DNA of 64,000 nt, taken from Felis catus (taxonomy: Eukaryota). The stretch spans positions 206,400,001-206,464,000 of the forward strand of contig NC_058368.1 in NCBI RefSeq assembly GCF_018350175.1. Reading direction: 5' to 3'. Below, piece after piece: positions 1 through 11,287 of this stretch (the stretch's first letter is position 1; each line of letters starts with the position of its first letter). The notes beneath the pieces were generated by a model. That model was not told where the DNA came from, made no database searches, and saw only the letters and a list, made by a program, of their open reading frames with translations. Both the position numbers and the translations under genes were made by a program.

Positions 1-3000
1 TTCAATATTCTAATAGATTACAAGAATCACTTCATCTCTGGGGAGAAAAAAATCTTGTTAGTAGATGTTCCATAAAACCAAGGCTTGACAGGTCAGCCAA
101 GCATGGTGACAGTCTGTTAGACTGGGACTCCCCCCAGCAAGTTGCAGAAGGATATAAATTCCTCAACTGCAGGTGAGAAAACTGAGGAGCAGAATGAAAA
201 TACTGGCCAGCCCTGGGTTCTTCCTAGAGCTTTCAAGACTCAGATGAGATGCTGTACGTGGGAATCCCTTTTATGTGCTACTCTGCAGTCTTCAAGGTTC
301 TACCAATTCCATGGTTACGACTAAAACACTGCTTTCAGGAACTGCTAATTTTTTTAGAGAGAGAAAGAGAGAGAGAGAGAGAGGAGAGAACACTCACGCA
401 GAGGAGGGGCAGAGAGAGAGTCCATGCTCAGCATGGAGGCCCCACGCAGGGATTGATCCCACGTCCCTGGGTTCATGATCTGAGCAGAAATCAAGAGTCC
501 AAGGCTTAACAGACTGAGTCACCCAGGCACCCCAGGAACTGCCATTTTTAACTTAGCCAAATTTATTTGAAAAACTAATCAAATCCTTCAGGTTCTGCTG
601 TAATGGCACTCAAATTTATGGCATTACTCTTACACCTTTAAATGTGATTTGTACTCATCTGAAATCCCATCAGTTGTTCTGTGACTCTACTTCAGTTTGC
701 CTACAGTAAACAAAAGTGTAACTATTTACAGCTTCCTCTGCTATAATATATCTTCCTTGATTAAATGCTGGTGAAGGCTTTATCAAGACAACTGGTTTAT
801 TAGTAAACAGTCAAATAAACACTCACAGGAAGCTATTTTCCTAACCATCTGTTTTACCTGTCCAAGGCAGAAGACGAATCACATTGGCCATTCTACCCCT
901 AACAGAGATGAATACTTGTTACTTCAGAGTAAGAAGAAAGAAAATGAAAGAAACAAGTAAGCTATTAATATGTCTCGGCTTGCCTATGCATGGGGGAAAA
1001 TGCCTTTCCAAAAATCTTACAGTCTAGCTGTTTAGTCCTGCGGCAAAAGATTTGATTTTAATTGTTATCTTAACGTTAGTAAATGCAAAAATTGGGCACC
1101 AGGTGTTGATACAGCTATAGCATGTAACATGGGACCTTAGAAACCTGTCTTGCTTCCATGTTTCGGAAGAATTCAGTCCCTTTTATTTATTTTAAGCATA
1201 GACTCTTTCATTTCTTCAGCTTTTTCTGGGTTTAAAAAAAAAACAGAGACTGGTTTTAAATAGAATAGACAAAATGACAGGAACCACCAAATCTTGTCAT
1301 GTAATGTTCCTTGTCAAATGTACTTACACCTTCTCTATTTGTTGATTATGACTCATTTGAGAAAGTTTCTCAAGTCTAGCCCAGTTTCTTATATCCACGA
1401 TTAATTCCCTAAGCTTTCTCAATTTCCATTCCAAGCTCTATTTGTGAGACATAGGTTTTGGGAAACAAATTAAAATTTACTTTTTCTATGAAACTCAATA
1501 TCAACTGCCCTGTAAGAGACACTGTAGTTTTTTTTTTTTTTTTTTTTTCTTCCCTAGTGTCCAAGAGACAAAATTTGCCTTTCAAGTGACTGTTAACCTC
1601 ATATACTATGTCAGGCTTTTTGAAATTCCAAGTAAACTATATTTGCTCTATTAGCCTTTCCAAAGCATTTTAAATGTTTTGAAGGATTTGATTTCCCTCA
1701 AGTAGGATTAACCACCAACTTGATTTGATGTAAGTAAAAAAAGGTGCTTCAATAGTTTCCTTGGAACTGAAGATAGGTCCGACTGCTTCAAATGTCAGAG
1801 TTCAGAAGCTTTAAACTTAAATTACAATCTCAATATGAGAAACATGAAAATACATGAAAGTTGCGAAAGGAAGCCAAGGAAGATGACAGTTATGGGTAAA
1901 TTCCCCTTTTAACTCTTTCAGTAACAGCCAAACTGTGGGTGGGTGAGTAGTATACTGACCTCATTGCTTATCATTAATTTACAATTAAACTGAATCTGAA
2001 GTTAAGAGGTTAGTAGCCAGAACTAAAGGCTAAAAACTGAAGCTACTGTTACTCTTTATTACTGTTATTCTTTATTACTCAAAGGCATGTGAGTACATCA
2101 CTATGTGATTACTTCTTAGTTCAGCCAGTTCCAATTTTCAGAGTCAAATTACTTAGTATCTACTGCACGTTCCTGACTTTATATAACAGAGTGGATAGTA
2201 GTTGTTAGTTAAAATGTAGCTCTTTTGCAAACTACAAATATAGCTCCTATAATTTCTTGCCTCTAGCTTCTCAAATAACTTCAAACATTTTGTGCTAAAC
2301 GGCCCTGTACCATAGGGGTCGGGTCCACCACTTCTGCCCATGAAATGAAGTTTTTAATGCATCTCTTGATGCTCCAAGAAAACAATTCATCTATGACTAT
2401 GCAGTCATCAATAGCTCATATCCTTACCTTCATATTTTAAAAGTATGTGCACGTTGCTAAACTTCTAGCTCTAATTCCTCAGCTCCTTGAAGTGGATGTT
2501 CTGTACATAAGAAACACTCACTTTGTCATTTACTGTTCTGTAAAACATAAGGCAGAAGCTAAAGAAGGGAGTCCCAGCTGGAGCAGATTTGTTTCTTCCA
2601 AATCTCACTGTATTGAGTTGCCATTACAGACAGTAAAATATATTTATGTGGCTCAAGTGTGACTTAACTTGGTAAGTTATATTGGGTCCTGGAATGGTTT
2701 AAAGGCCCTTCTGGCCAATTATATTTATTTCTGTTTATACAAATTGTCAAGAAGCTACTGTAAGCTGGCTCTCAGCCACATCTAAGTTCCTTCCATTTAC
2801 ACTCACTTTTATCAGAGATATAATATTTTTATACTAAATATCCCTGGACAGTATTAATAAGAGAAAGGAATAATAGCTCATTACATTTATTTTCTCTTGC
2901 TCCCAATCAGCATAAGACAGAGAAGTCATTTCTTTTTGCGTTGGTAGTTTAGAATTTCCAGAAATGCAGTGTTTTGAGAGACAAAAGAATTCAGAACCTG

Positions 3001-4218
3001 TGGCTTTCAGTAGAAACTCTAGATAAAGTAATTTGCGTGTGAACCCAGCAGTTTCTGGTGCACTCCGTTTTAATGACAGGCAAAGTAGAGAACTAGGTAC
3101 GTTTTCCACCTTTCTGCTTATAACAAAGTTAATCCAAAGGCAATTTTAAGAAGGCGGTGTCCTGAAAGTGAAGTGTGCCAAAACTCAAATGCACACACTG
3201 TACGAAGGCCAAAATTAGAAATGTTCTAGGAGTGAGACGTGATGTAATATTATATGAACAGGGTTTGGAGTCAGGTGGGTCTGAGGTTCATCACAAGCTG
3301 CAGGGTTTGGGCTTGGCAATAATTAGATGACCATCTCTAAAGCTTCCTTTCTTTAGAATGACACTGTACCTCTCAGGGTTGTTGAGAATTCAAATTCAGT
3401 GATCCATGTACATCAGTCTGAACTTAATTGGCCCCCCTGAGAAACCTGGCTTTCCTGGTTCCAAGAAAGAATGAAGGAACCTGACGCTAGGCCATGCCTG
3501 GGTAGGAATGGTGACCCACATGCGCACATGTTCTCCCAGGGCACAGCCTGGGAAGGAGCAGGGAATCGCGCCTGACAGTGTGGTTCTGCTCGATTATTTT
3601 AAGCAAGTCAAGCCCTATGTAAAGTAAGGGTGATTAGATTAGACCAAAAGACATCCAGTCTCTCTAGCTCTAAACTTCTACATAATCTACCAAAACAAGC
3701 AAGCAAAAAAACCAAAACCAAAACCAAAAACAAAAGCAAAAAACAAATCCGTACAAAAATCAAAGCACCAAACCCGCGCTGCCCCTAAGGAATCGGGGAG
3801 AACAAAGAAATCACCACCCCCGAAGTTTCGGGCTTCTGTGGTTGACTGTGGAGGACGGGGCTAAGTCACCCTACAGCGGTTCCCCCTCCACATCTGAAGG
3901 AGTGGCAGGTGTTCCCGGAAGGCTCAAGGCCAATGTCAGGCAGCAAGGGGTAGGGGCTGTCCCGGGAGAGAAAGGAAACCAGGCTTTCGGAGAAAGTAAC
4001 TCGGGGATGTAGGAGAAAATCACCTACTACATCTCATGAGGGATGTGGCCGAAGAGGAGGTTGGGCCTGGTCTGAGTAGCCGAGGGTCAAGATTCCAGGC
4101 TGGAGCTGGAGGACAAGTTCACTGCCGAGGCAGGAGAGGGCAAGGAGGAAGCGTTAGACGGAGGAGGGAGGTGCATGCGAGGAAAGGGCCCAGAAGGGCC
4201 CCGTTCCCGGCCACTCAC
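1..4218 (-). other. PTGER4: PTGER4 intron 2 (5' part; continues beyond window)
   Basis: Starts at donor gtgagt; no TM7/C-tail exon is present in 1-4218. Confidence 0.9.
349..533 (-). mobile_element. CAN-SINE (SINEC)
   Basis: T-run, (GA)n, tRNA-like head ending ccaggcacccc; TSD aggaactgc at 337-345 and 534-542. Confidence 0.92.
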
Positions 4219-5097
4219 CACGAGAGGGATGGAGCAGATGAGCACCACCAGGGAGGTGGCGATGAGTAAGATGACCATCTGGATCTCGGCACCCGCGATG
4301 CGGCGGAAACTCCGGCGGCGGCGAAAGTCGCTGAGGCGCGGCAGGGCGGGGGAGGCGGCGGCCGGGTTGCCCCGGCAGGGGGCCCAGGGCACGGCCAAGG
4401 GACCCGCCGCGTGGTGCTGCTCGGTGCCCAGCGAGGTGCGGCGCATGAACTGGCGGTGCATGCGGAGCAGCGCGCCGCACACGAGCACGTTGCAGAGCAC
4501 CGTGGCCAGAATGAGGAAGGAGCTGAAGCCCGCGTACATGTAGGAGAAGGCGGCGTGCGCCGTCACGTTGGTGGTCCAGTCGATGAAACACCAGGTGTCC
4601 GGGTACTGCAGCCGCGAGCTGCCCAGGCCCATGTTGGGCAGCGCGCAGAAGAGCACGTTGGACGCATAGACCGCGACGAGCGTGAGGCCCGCCAGCCGCT
4701 TGTCCACGTAGTGGCTGTAGAAGTAGGCGTGGTTGATGGCCAGGTAGCGCTCGATACTCATGGCACAGATGATGCTGAGGCCCGACAGGCCGAAGAAGAG
4801 CAGGATGAAGGTGCTGTACTCGCAGAGCGCTTCGCCTCCGGGCCACTGGCCCTTCATGTATGTGGCGATGGTCACCGGGCTTACCAGCAACGTGCCCAGC
4901 AGGTCGGTGACGGCCAGTCCGCAAACCAACGTATAAAAGGTCGTCTCCTTCTGCTCCTTGCGCGACTTGCACAGCACCACAATGGCCACCAGGTTGCCCA
5001 CCACCCCGAAGATGAACATCACCGCCGGGATGGTCACCGGGCTGTTGGGACGGTCGGGGGTAGAGGAGGCGGACGCATTGACCCCAGGGGTGGACAT
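4219..5097 (-). CDS. PTGER4: Prostaglandin E2 receptor EP4, first coding exon (codons 1-293, N-terminus through TM6); remainder lies left of the window
   Basis: Translation MSTPGVNASASSTPDRPNSPVTIPAVMFIFGVVGNLVAIVVLCKSRKEQKETTFYTLVCGLAVTDLLGTLLVSPVTIATY...MSIERYLAINH...YPDTWCF...GAEIQMVILLIATSLVVLICSIPLV is recognisably EP4. ATG at 5097 in accaccATG context. Ends at a phase-0 donor GTG|gtgagt (4219/4218), the TM6 intron position typical of prostanoid receptors. Confidence 0.98.
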
Positions 5098-5140
5098 GGT
5101 GGTGGTCCGCGGTACACAGCCTTGGCCTTCGAAGCTGGGC
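5098..5140 (-). other. PTGER4: PTGER4 exon 2 5'UTR portion (43 nt)
   Basis: Preceded on the minus strand by a branch-point-like ctcac (5174-5170), a pyrimidine tract and acceptor ccatccccag| ending at 5141. Confidence 0.9.
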
Positions 5141-5612
5141 CTGGGGATGGTAGGAGAGACAAAGGCGCGGTGAGATGAAATTACCACTTGTCAGACCCGC
5201 TCCCAAGAAACAATATGCTGATGAGACAAGACCAACAACTGGATCCCGCCTGCATCGTGGAGGGTAGCCATTTACCTACCAACTTCGGCTACCGAAATCG
5301 CCAGGCTCAGGATACCTCCTGCTAGCAGCCCCCCACTCTGCTGTCATTAATATTTGCTAGTTGATACTTCCATTCTCTCCTCCTCCCTGCTCCCTCCAGC
5401 CCAACTCACTCCACTGCCAAGATGAACAAGGCCTATCTCAAGGGAAAAGCGAGTGGTTCGCTCTTATTCCCGACAGATTCTGAGTCAATAAAATCCTCAC
5501 CGAAAACAAGTTACGGAAGGCAATTTGGAAAGCGCGCTCGCTCCTCCCGGGCTCCGCTCGAGGAGCGCCCGCCCATCGCTCTCCGCCCGGTGCCCTCAAA
5601 GCCTCATCTCAC
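5141..5612 (-). other. PTGER4: PTGER4 intron 1 (472 bp)
   Basis: Donor CAG|gtgaga at 5613/5612 and acceptor at 5141. A short first intron in the 5'UTR matches the known mammalian EP4 gene structure. Confidence 0.88.
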
Positions 5613-6190
5613 CTGTGGTTGCCGCGGCGGTGGCAGCCGCGTAAGCCCCCAGGGTCAACACTCAGATGTCCAGGATAAGCCTCCAACCTGCCCTAAGCCT
5701 CGCCCAGCTCAGTGTGGAGCTTGCCAAGTCTTTGCCTTCCCAGAGCCGGGTCTCCGCGGCTGCCAATTTTCCGGAACTGGGGTCGGAATGGCCAGCTTTC
5801 AAAGAACTTGGGAGAACCAGAAGGGTAGCGGGATGGGTCAATGAAGTCTGATCTTGGATTTCTTTCTTTCTTTCCTCTTCGCTTCTTTTTTCCCTCGTTC
5901 CTTCAAAGACGGGACCAAACTTTTCGGAGCCCGCACGCCCCGTCCCCGGGCGGACAGCAGTCAGATGTGGGGGCCGCGCGCGCAGGTGGCGCGGATCCTC
6001 ACTCCCGGAATCAGGTCGCCCCCCCTCGGAAGCCCAGGGCAGCACCGGCGGCTATCGGGGCTGGCGGCTGCCACTGAGGCTGCTTCCGGCGCCCTGGGGG
6101 CGGCTTGAGGTCCACTCGGCCTGAGGCTCTGACCTGGGACCTTTCATCTTCTTCCTCTTGGCTACAGGGCTCCGAGCTCCGCTCTCGCCC
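5613..6190 (-). other. PTGER4: PTGER4 non-coding exon 1 (5' end approximate)
   Basis: Minus-strand sequence (gcgagagcggagctc...tgacccatcccgct...ggacatctgag...ggctgccaccgc) resembles the human EP4 mRNA leader as recalled; ends at a canonical donor. TSS cannot be fixed from sequence. Confidence 0.8.
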
Positions 6191-6355
6191 TTCCAGCCTC
6201 TGTACAAACTTTTCTCCAGCTCCAAGTTTCCCCGGCGGAGGCGGGGAGACACAGTGCGCGGCCCGGGCGCCCATTGGCCGGGCGGGAAGGGGGCGGGGCG
6301 TGTCCTCAGTGCTCGGCGCCGAGAGGCGGTGCACCGGCCTGGGGGGGCGGGGTTC
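6191..6355 (-). promoter_or_regulatory. PTGER4 TATA-less core/proximal promoter
   Basis: CCAAT box (ggccaatgg on minus, 6271-6279), GC boxes ggggcgggg at 6290-6298 and ~6344-6352, no TATA, immediately upstream of exon 1. Confidence 0.75.
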
Positions 6356-6920
6356 CGAGCTGCGCGGGCCCTCGCGCCGGGCCTGGACCCTCTCCTCCCT
6401 GCGTTCCCGGCCCCGGCCGGGCTGGGGTCGCAAGGACTTGGCCGCGCGCCTCAGGCTTGCGTGCCGAGTGCCGCCGTCGGCGCGGAGCCTCGGAAGCCCT
6501 GGTGTTCTCCCGGGAACCCTCTTAGCCACTCAGAGGGGGCTAACTCTGAAACCTGCATCCCCTCTCCCTAGTTGCCTCCTGCTCCGAGTGGGCTGTTTCT
6601 CGCACCTTCCACACGTGGATCGCAACACCTGAGCGCTAGGCAGGCAGGTCAACTGCTCTAGAACTGCGGCCGAGGTGTGTGTGTGCGCGCGCGCGTGGCC
6701 CCGCGGGACGTAGGGTGGCGAGGCTCGCGTTGTGCGCGCGCGCGGACCCGGGCTCGAAGTCAGGAACGCGCATCGGACGGGGAGGGTGGTTGGGCCGGCG
6801 GGTGCGGGCGGGGGAACGACGAAGAATCTGCCCTTTGAGAGGAATTACAATCCATCCATGAAGGTAGTTGGTTGTCAGTGCCCAGGCTGTGGGCTGCGGC
6901 CCGTTGGGCATCCCCAGGCT

Positions 6921-6936
6921 AAAAAAAAAAAAAAAA

Positions 6937-6971
<35 letters not shown>
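6921..6971 (+). repeat. A25 followed by (GA)13 polypurine tract
   Basis: Directly visible. Confidence 0.95.
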
Positions 6972-8304
6972 CCGCAGCCTCTCCCGGCGCTGGTGGCGGA
7001 GCCTTGCGGCTGTGGAAGGAGGTGACCCGCAGGTACCTCGTGGGAGTGTTAGGGTGGGAGGGGTGTGTAACCGCGGAGATCTTTCTCCTCCTCCGGGGAA
7101 CTACTCCTCCCAGGAAGAACGGTAGTCTGAGCTTCGTGGCTCGGCCCTGTTATATTCACTTTGGACACTTTGACCACGAATCCTTTGGTCGGCGGGCTGA
7201 TGGAGGGTGCGACGGGGATTTGAAAGTTATCGGAGTCAAGGAGTTCTCCAGTCATTACCTCCGTGATTTACTCTTGGATGGGCCTAGTCGCTCTACCTTT
7301 TTTCTTTAAATTACAGTTGGACTTACTTTGTGGTGGAAGTAGTTTTTTTGTAAACGCATTATTTAACTTCTTTGTGCTCTGGTTCCTAAAATCGGGACTG
7401 AAAACTAAAAAGAAACGATTGCAAAATTCCATGGTGTTTTAACTGCTTCACCATTTTTTTTTTTTTTTTTTTTACACCATGAAGTAGGATTGTGTGGGCC
7501 TTTTAAATTCCTAGAAAAATCTGTTTCCAAGTGCGGGATACGTGCATTTTAACATATTGCATCTCATTGTAGATTAAGCAAATAACTCGATTCTTTTATA
7601 TGAGGAGCAGGTATTCATTCATTCCTTAAAATGCGATTTCATGAATAAACCTCCTAAGAATTGATCCGGTTCTCCTCTTATTGTGAAATGGCACAGCAAC
7701 AAATGAGTAATAGGAGAAACAGAGCATCCCAGACTTAACTAAATTACTGATAAAGGTAATTAAAGATTCCATATGATATATTAGTATAACATTCTCTTGT
7801 TTATGCTATTTCCTCATGAATATCAGGGATTCAGAAGGAATCTGTAAAAATAACTGATGGCAATTGGTCAGTTTCTCAGTTTTCCCTTTATCACCATAAT
7901 AACCACGTCTGTTGTCTATGCTTTCTTTGAGTAGTAACCTCTAGGGTTGTGTTAGCATTGAAAACAAGTTGGCACTAGAAAAAGGAAACAGCACATTCTA
8001 CCCCCATCCTTCCCTAACTGAATTGCATCACTGTCACCCTGTCAGGTGGTTATCAGTAAACACACCAAGGGGAGGTGGGAAGTTCCACTTAGACTCATTT
8101 TATGTTAGTAAAAATAGTTTTTCCAGTTTTCTTTCCATTTGAAGTTCCTCACATGGAAAACAGTTAGGCTGGGTACCTGTTAAATTTTTAAGGATGAAGA
8201 GTATATTAAATGTAACAGTTGAGGCACACTGCTGAAGTAATTAGTGAGTGTTACAGGATTTCGCACGTCATTGATGAACTGGGCTTGTTATCAATGGAGC
8301 TTTT

Positions 8305-8579
8305 TAAAAAAAATTTTTTTAATGTTTATTTTTATTTTTGAGAGAGCGCGAGAGAGAGACAGAACACGAGCTGGGGAGGGGCAGAGAGAGGGAGACACAG
8401 AATCTGAAGCAGGCTCCAGGCTGTGAGCTGGCAGCACAGAGCCTGACACGGGGCTCACAGGGCTCCAACTCACAGACCATGAGGTCATGACCTGAGTCGA
8501 AGTCAGATGCTTAACTGACTGAGCCACCAGGCCGCCTCCCCAGTTTTTTTTAATGTTTACTTATTTTTGAGATTCGGTG

Positions 8580-8631
<52 letters not shown>

Positions 8632-8759
8632 ATCTGAAGCAGGTTCCAGGCTCTGAGCTGTCAGCACAAAGCCCGACACAGGCCTCAAACCCATGAACCA
8701 TGGGATCATGACCCAAGTCGAAGTTGGACGCTTAACCAACTGAGCCACCCAGGCACCCC
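8305..8759 (-). mobile_element. Two tandem CAN-SINEs (~8305-8541 and ~8543-8759)
   Basis: Two complete tail-(GA)n-head units in the same orientation. Confidence 0.92.
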
Positions 8760-8915
8760 TAGAGCTATCTTTTCTTACTGGTCCTTTAAATATTTATCAT
8801 CACAGTAGCTTTAGGAAGATTGACGTAAGTGAGAAACCAGGACATACGATTAAAAAATTTTAATAAGGTTTACCTGTACCCTCTCTTGGTGTATGTTTCT
8901 AAAAGCTTAAGTTTA

Positions 8916-9101
8916 GGGGTGCCTGGGTGGCTCAGTCAGCTCAGGTCATGATCTCATGGTTCATGGGTTCAAGTCCCACATCAGGCTGTCTGCTGTCAGC
9001 ACAGAGCCCGCTTCAGACACTCTGTTTACCTCTCTATCTGCCCCTCCCCACTCACGCTTTCTTTCTCTCTCAAAAATAAAAATAAATATTAAAACAAAAA
9101 A
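8916..9101 (+). mobile_element. CAN-SINE with short internal deletion after the A box
   Basis: ggggtgcctgggtggctcagtcagctcaggtcatg start, CT region, A tail; TSD cttaagttta on both sides. Confidence 0.92.
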
Positions 9102-11287
9102 ACTTAAGTTTAGCTTTTAGAAGTAGAATCTGAAGGTTAGGGAAACAATTATTTTACTTTCTCAGTTTGAAAAACCGGGATGGTGTAGTTCAATTTCCCT
9201 CACACTCTGCTAGGAATCTACATTGCAAAAGGAAATGAAGAATTGCCATGAGCATATGGACAGTTCTTGTCATTATTTGTATATTTCAGTGAAAAGATTT
9301 TTATTCTGAACGTTGTTTTGTATCCTCCCTAGCAGTTTTCACCTCAATCCCTACTTCTCTGCACTGGAAGACCTGGGTTCAGTTCTTTAGAACTGTTGTT
9401 AAATCCTCTTTGAAGGTTTGACCTAGTCCAAGAACTGCCTGACTGATCAGGTTGATTGCTCTGCTTTAGCTAGTTATTTGACAACTTTTTTTGAGTAAAC
9501 ACCTGAAGGTGGGAACCTGTTCAAAAGCAAAGGCTGCTCGGAGGTTATCAACCACATTCCCCGTGACTAAGTTGAATCTTCCTTGGTCCGAAGGGATGGG
9601 TAAGAAAGAGGATAATTCTTGGGAGGAAGACAGCAAGATGAGACAGATCTGGTCTGGACCCTTTGCAGAGCCTAACCTGGCCAGACCTTAGAGCATTCCT
9701 AAAGCACTAACATTCATGTAGCAAGCCTGAGTAAGTTGTGTTTGCTCTCCGTCTTTCATGACAGGCCATGCGGATGCTAAAAACAGTGAAAAAGGCATCT
9801 AGCTGGTGTAAATAACCCAGTGCTCTTGGATGCATTTGCTTTCCACGCATTCACCCAGTGGTTCAGTGGATCATAAAATGTGGCGTTAACCTGACCGTGG
9901 GCATGAGGCGAGGTCCACAATTGTGGCTTTGGCCGTCAAATGATTGCCCTCCCTTTTTAGTGGTGCATTTCAAATGCGTGGTCTCCCAATTATTATCATT
10001 TTCTGAGGGTGAATTTTATGTTGAGTCTAGTGCCTAGAGTTTGTACACATGTCAGTACTGTGATTAAGTCCCCAACATCTTCATATGATGATAAATTGAC
10101 TGCTGTGGAGGCTGGTTGCCACCAACTGAAACTTCAGGTTACTTCCTTGTCCAGCAGTTTTACCCCTCAAAGTGATAGCTTTCTGCCCTTTTAATTTTTC
10201 CCCTCTCCCCCCCCCCCCAATATTTCCACCACTCTTCCATTGTAGATAGAAAAAAGAGGGCAAAGAAAGAGGATTATTTACTTATCGTTGTCCACTTTGA
10301 AGGTGTGGTAGAGAGGGAGGCCTTACTAGTTCAGGAGTCTCTTTTCTAGGAAGACAGACATTCGGATTATATGTCAGGTTCTTCTCACACCCACCTGTCT
10401 CTCTGTGGCGTTAGACAAAGTCTAGGCCAACTGAAAGGAGGAACTTACGACTTGAGAGAATCGGTCATTTGGCTACGTGTGATGCTTAGTGAACCCCTGC
10501 GACAGAAGTCCGAAGCTCTTCGTTGGGGAGCAGAGGGAGAGATGAAGTAGATTGCCATTTGTTGAAATCCAGTCCAAAAATTCATCTCTTCCCTGACATG
10601 CTCCTTAACCTCCAGCGTAATGGGTATTGATCCCAAAGCACACTAAAGTTACAAGTTGAACCTCTGCTGGAGTTTATGAAGGTCTAAAGATATGGAAGTC
10701 TGAGGTAGGTCAGTTCCTTCAGAGTAAATGAACCAGATGGACAGCTAATTTTATAGGAAAACTTAATCTTTTTATTTTTATTTTTATTTTTTAAATAGCT
10801 ACAGTGCTGGATCTAACAAGAAATGAGATTTGATTTTTCATGTAAACAGCAATTTTAAGTATGATTTTCTGATACCAAGTTATTTAGAGTATTTTCCTAT
10901 AAGATAATAGATTATGTGTTAAAAAGAGCTATAAAATATACCTAAAGCATTTTGGTGGAAACATTCATTCATCTAATCTAGTAGAGGAAAAGCAAGTACA
11001 TTTTGAGGATGACTAATAGGAGGGCTGAGTATCAAATATGGATTTTTTTCTTCTCTGAATCTTGAATTAGTATAAGGTGTCAACTGTTAAGAAGTAAAAA
11101 AAAAATTGTGAAATTTTAGTAGCTGAAAAAGCAGAATACACTTTTCAAAATTGTCTTGCTGTGTTAATGAGTTGTCTGCATCTCTGATCATATTACACCA
11201 GTGCTGCGGTGTTTTTAAAAGATATATTGGCAGTGCATTGTCTAACATGCAACTCACTCTAAACTATATATGTTTAAGTTAAACTTT

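Larger units (their letters stand above)
3770..7290. promoter_or_regulatory. CpG island over PTGER4 promoter, exon 1 and exon 2
   Basis: Visibly high GC and dense CpG versus the AT-rich, CpG-depleted flanks; boundaries estimated by eye. Confidence 0.9.

Noticed and set aside
2044..2079. 16-bp tandem duplication tactgtta(c/t)tctttat
   Set aside because: Ordinary slippage duplication; no array or spacer structure.
5098..5187. 30-aa N-terminal extension in the ORF track (MVISSHRAF...)
   Set aside because: Starts at a GTG inside intron 1 and crosses the branch point and acceptor; the real start is the ATG at 5097.
4154..5206. 350-aa alternative-frame ORF on minus and 255-aa antisense ORF (4411-5178) overlapping exon 2
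   Set aside because: Expected shadows of a coding exon with very high third-position GC. The 350-aa frame has no AUG, starts at an intronic TTG, and is closed by a TGA near the end of exon 1 in spliced mRNA.
5422..7309. Many 60-175 aa ORFs across the promoter
   Set aside because: Arg/Pro/Gly-rich translations typical of stop-poor CpG islands; no recognisable domains.
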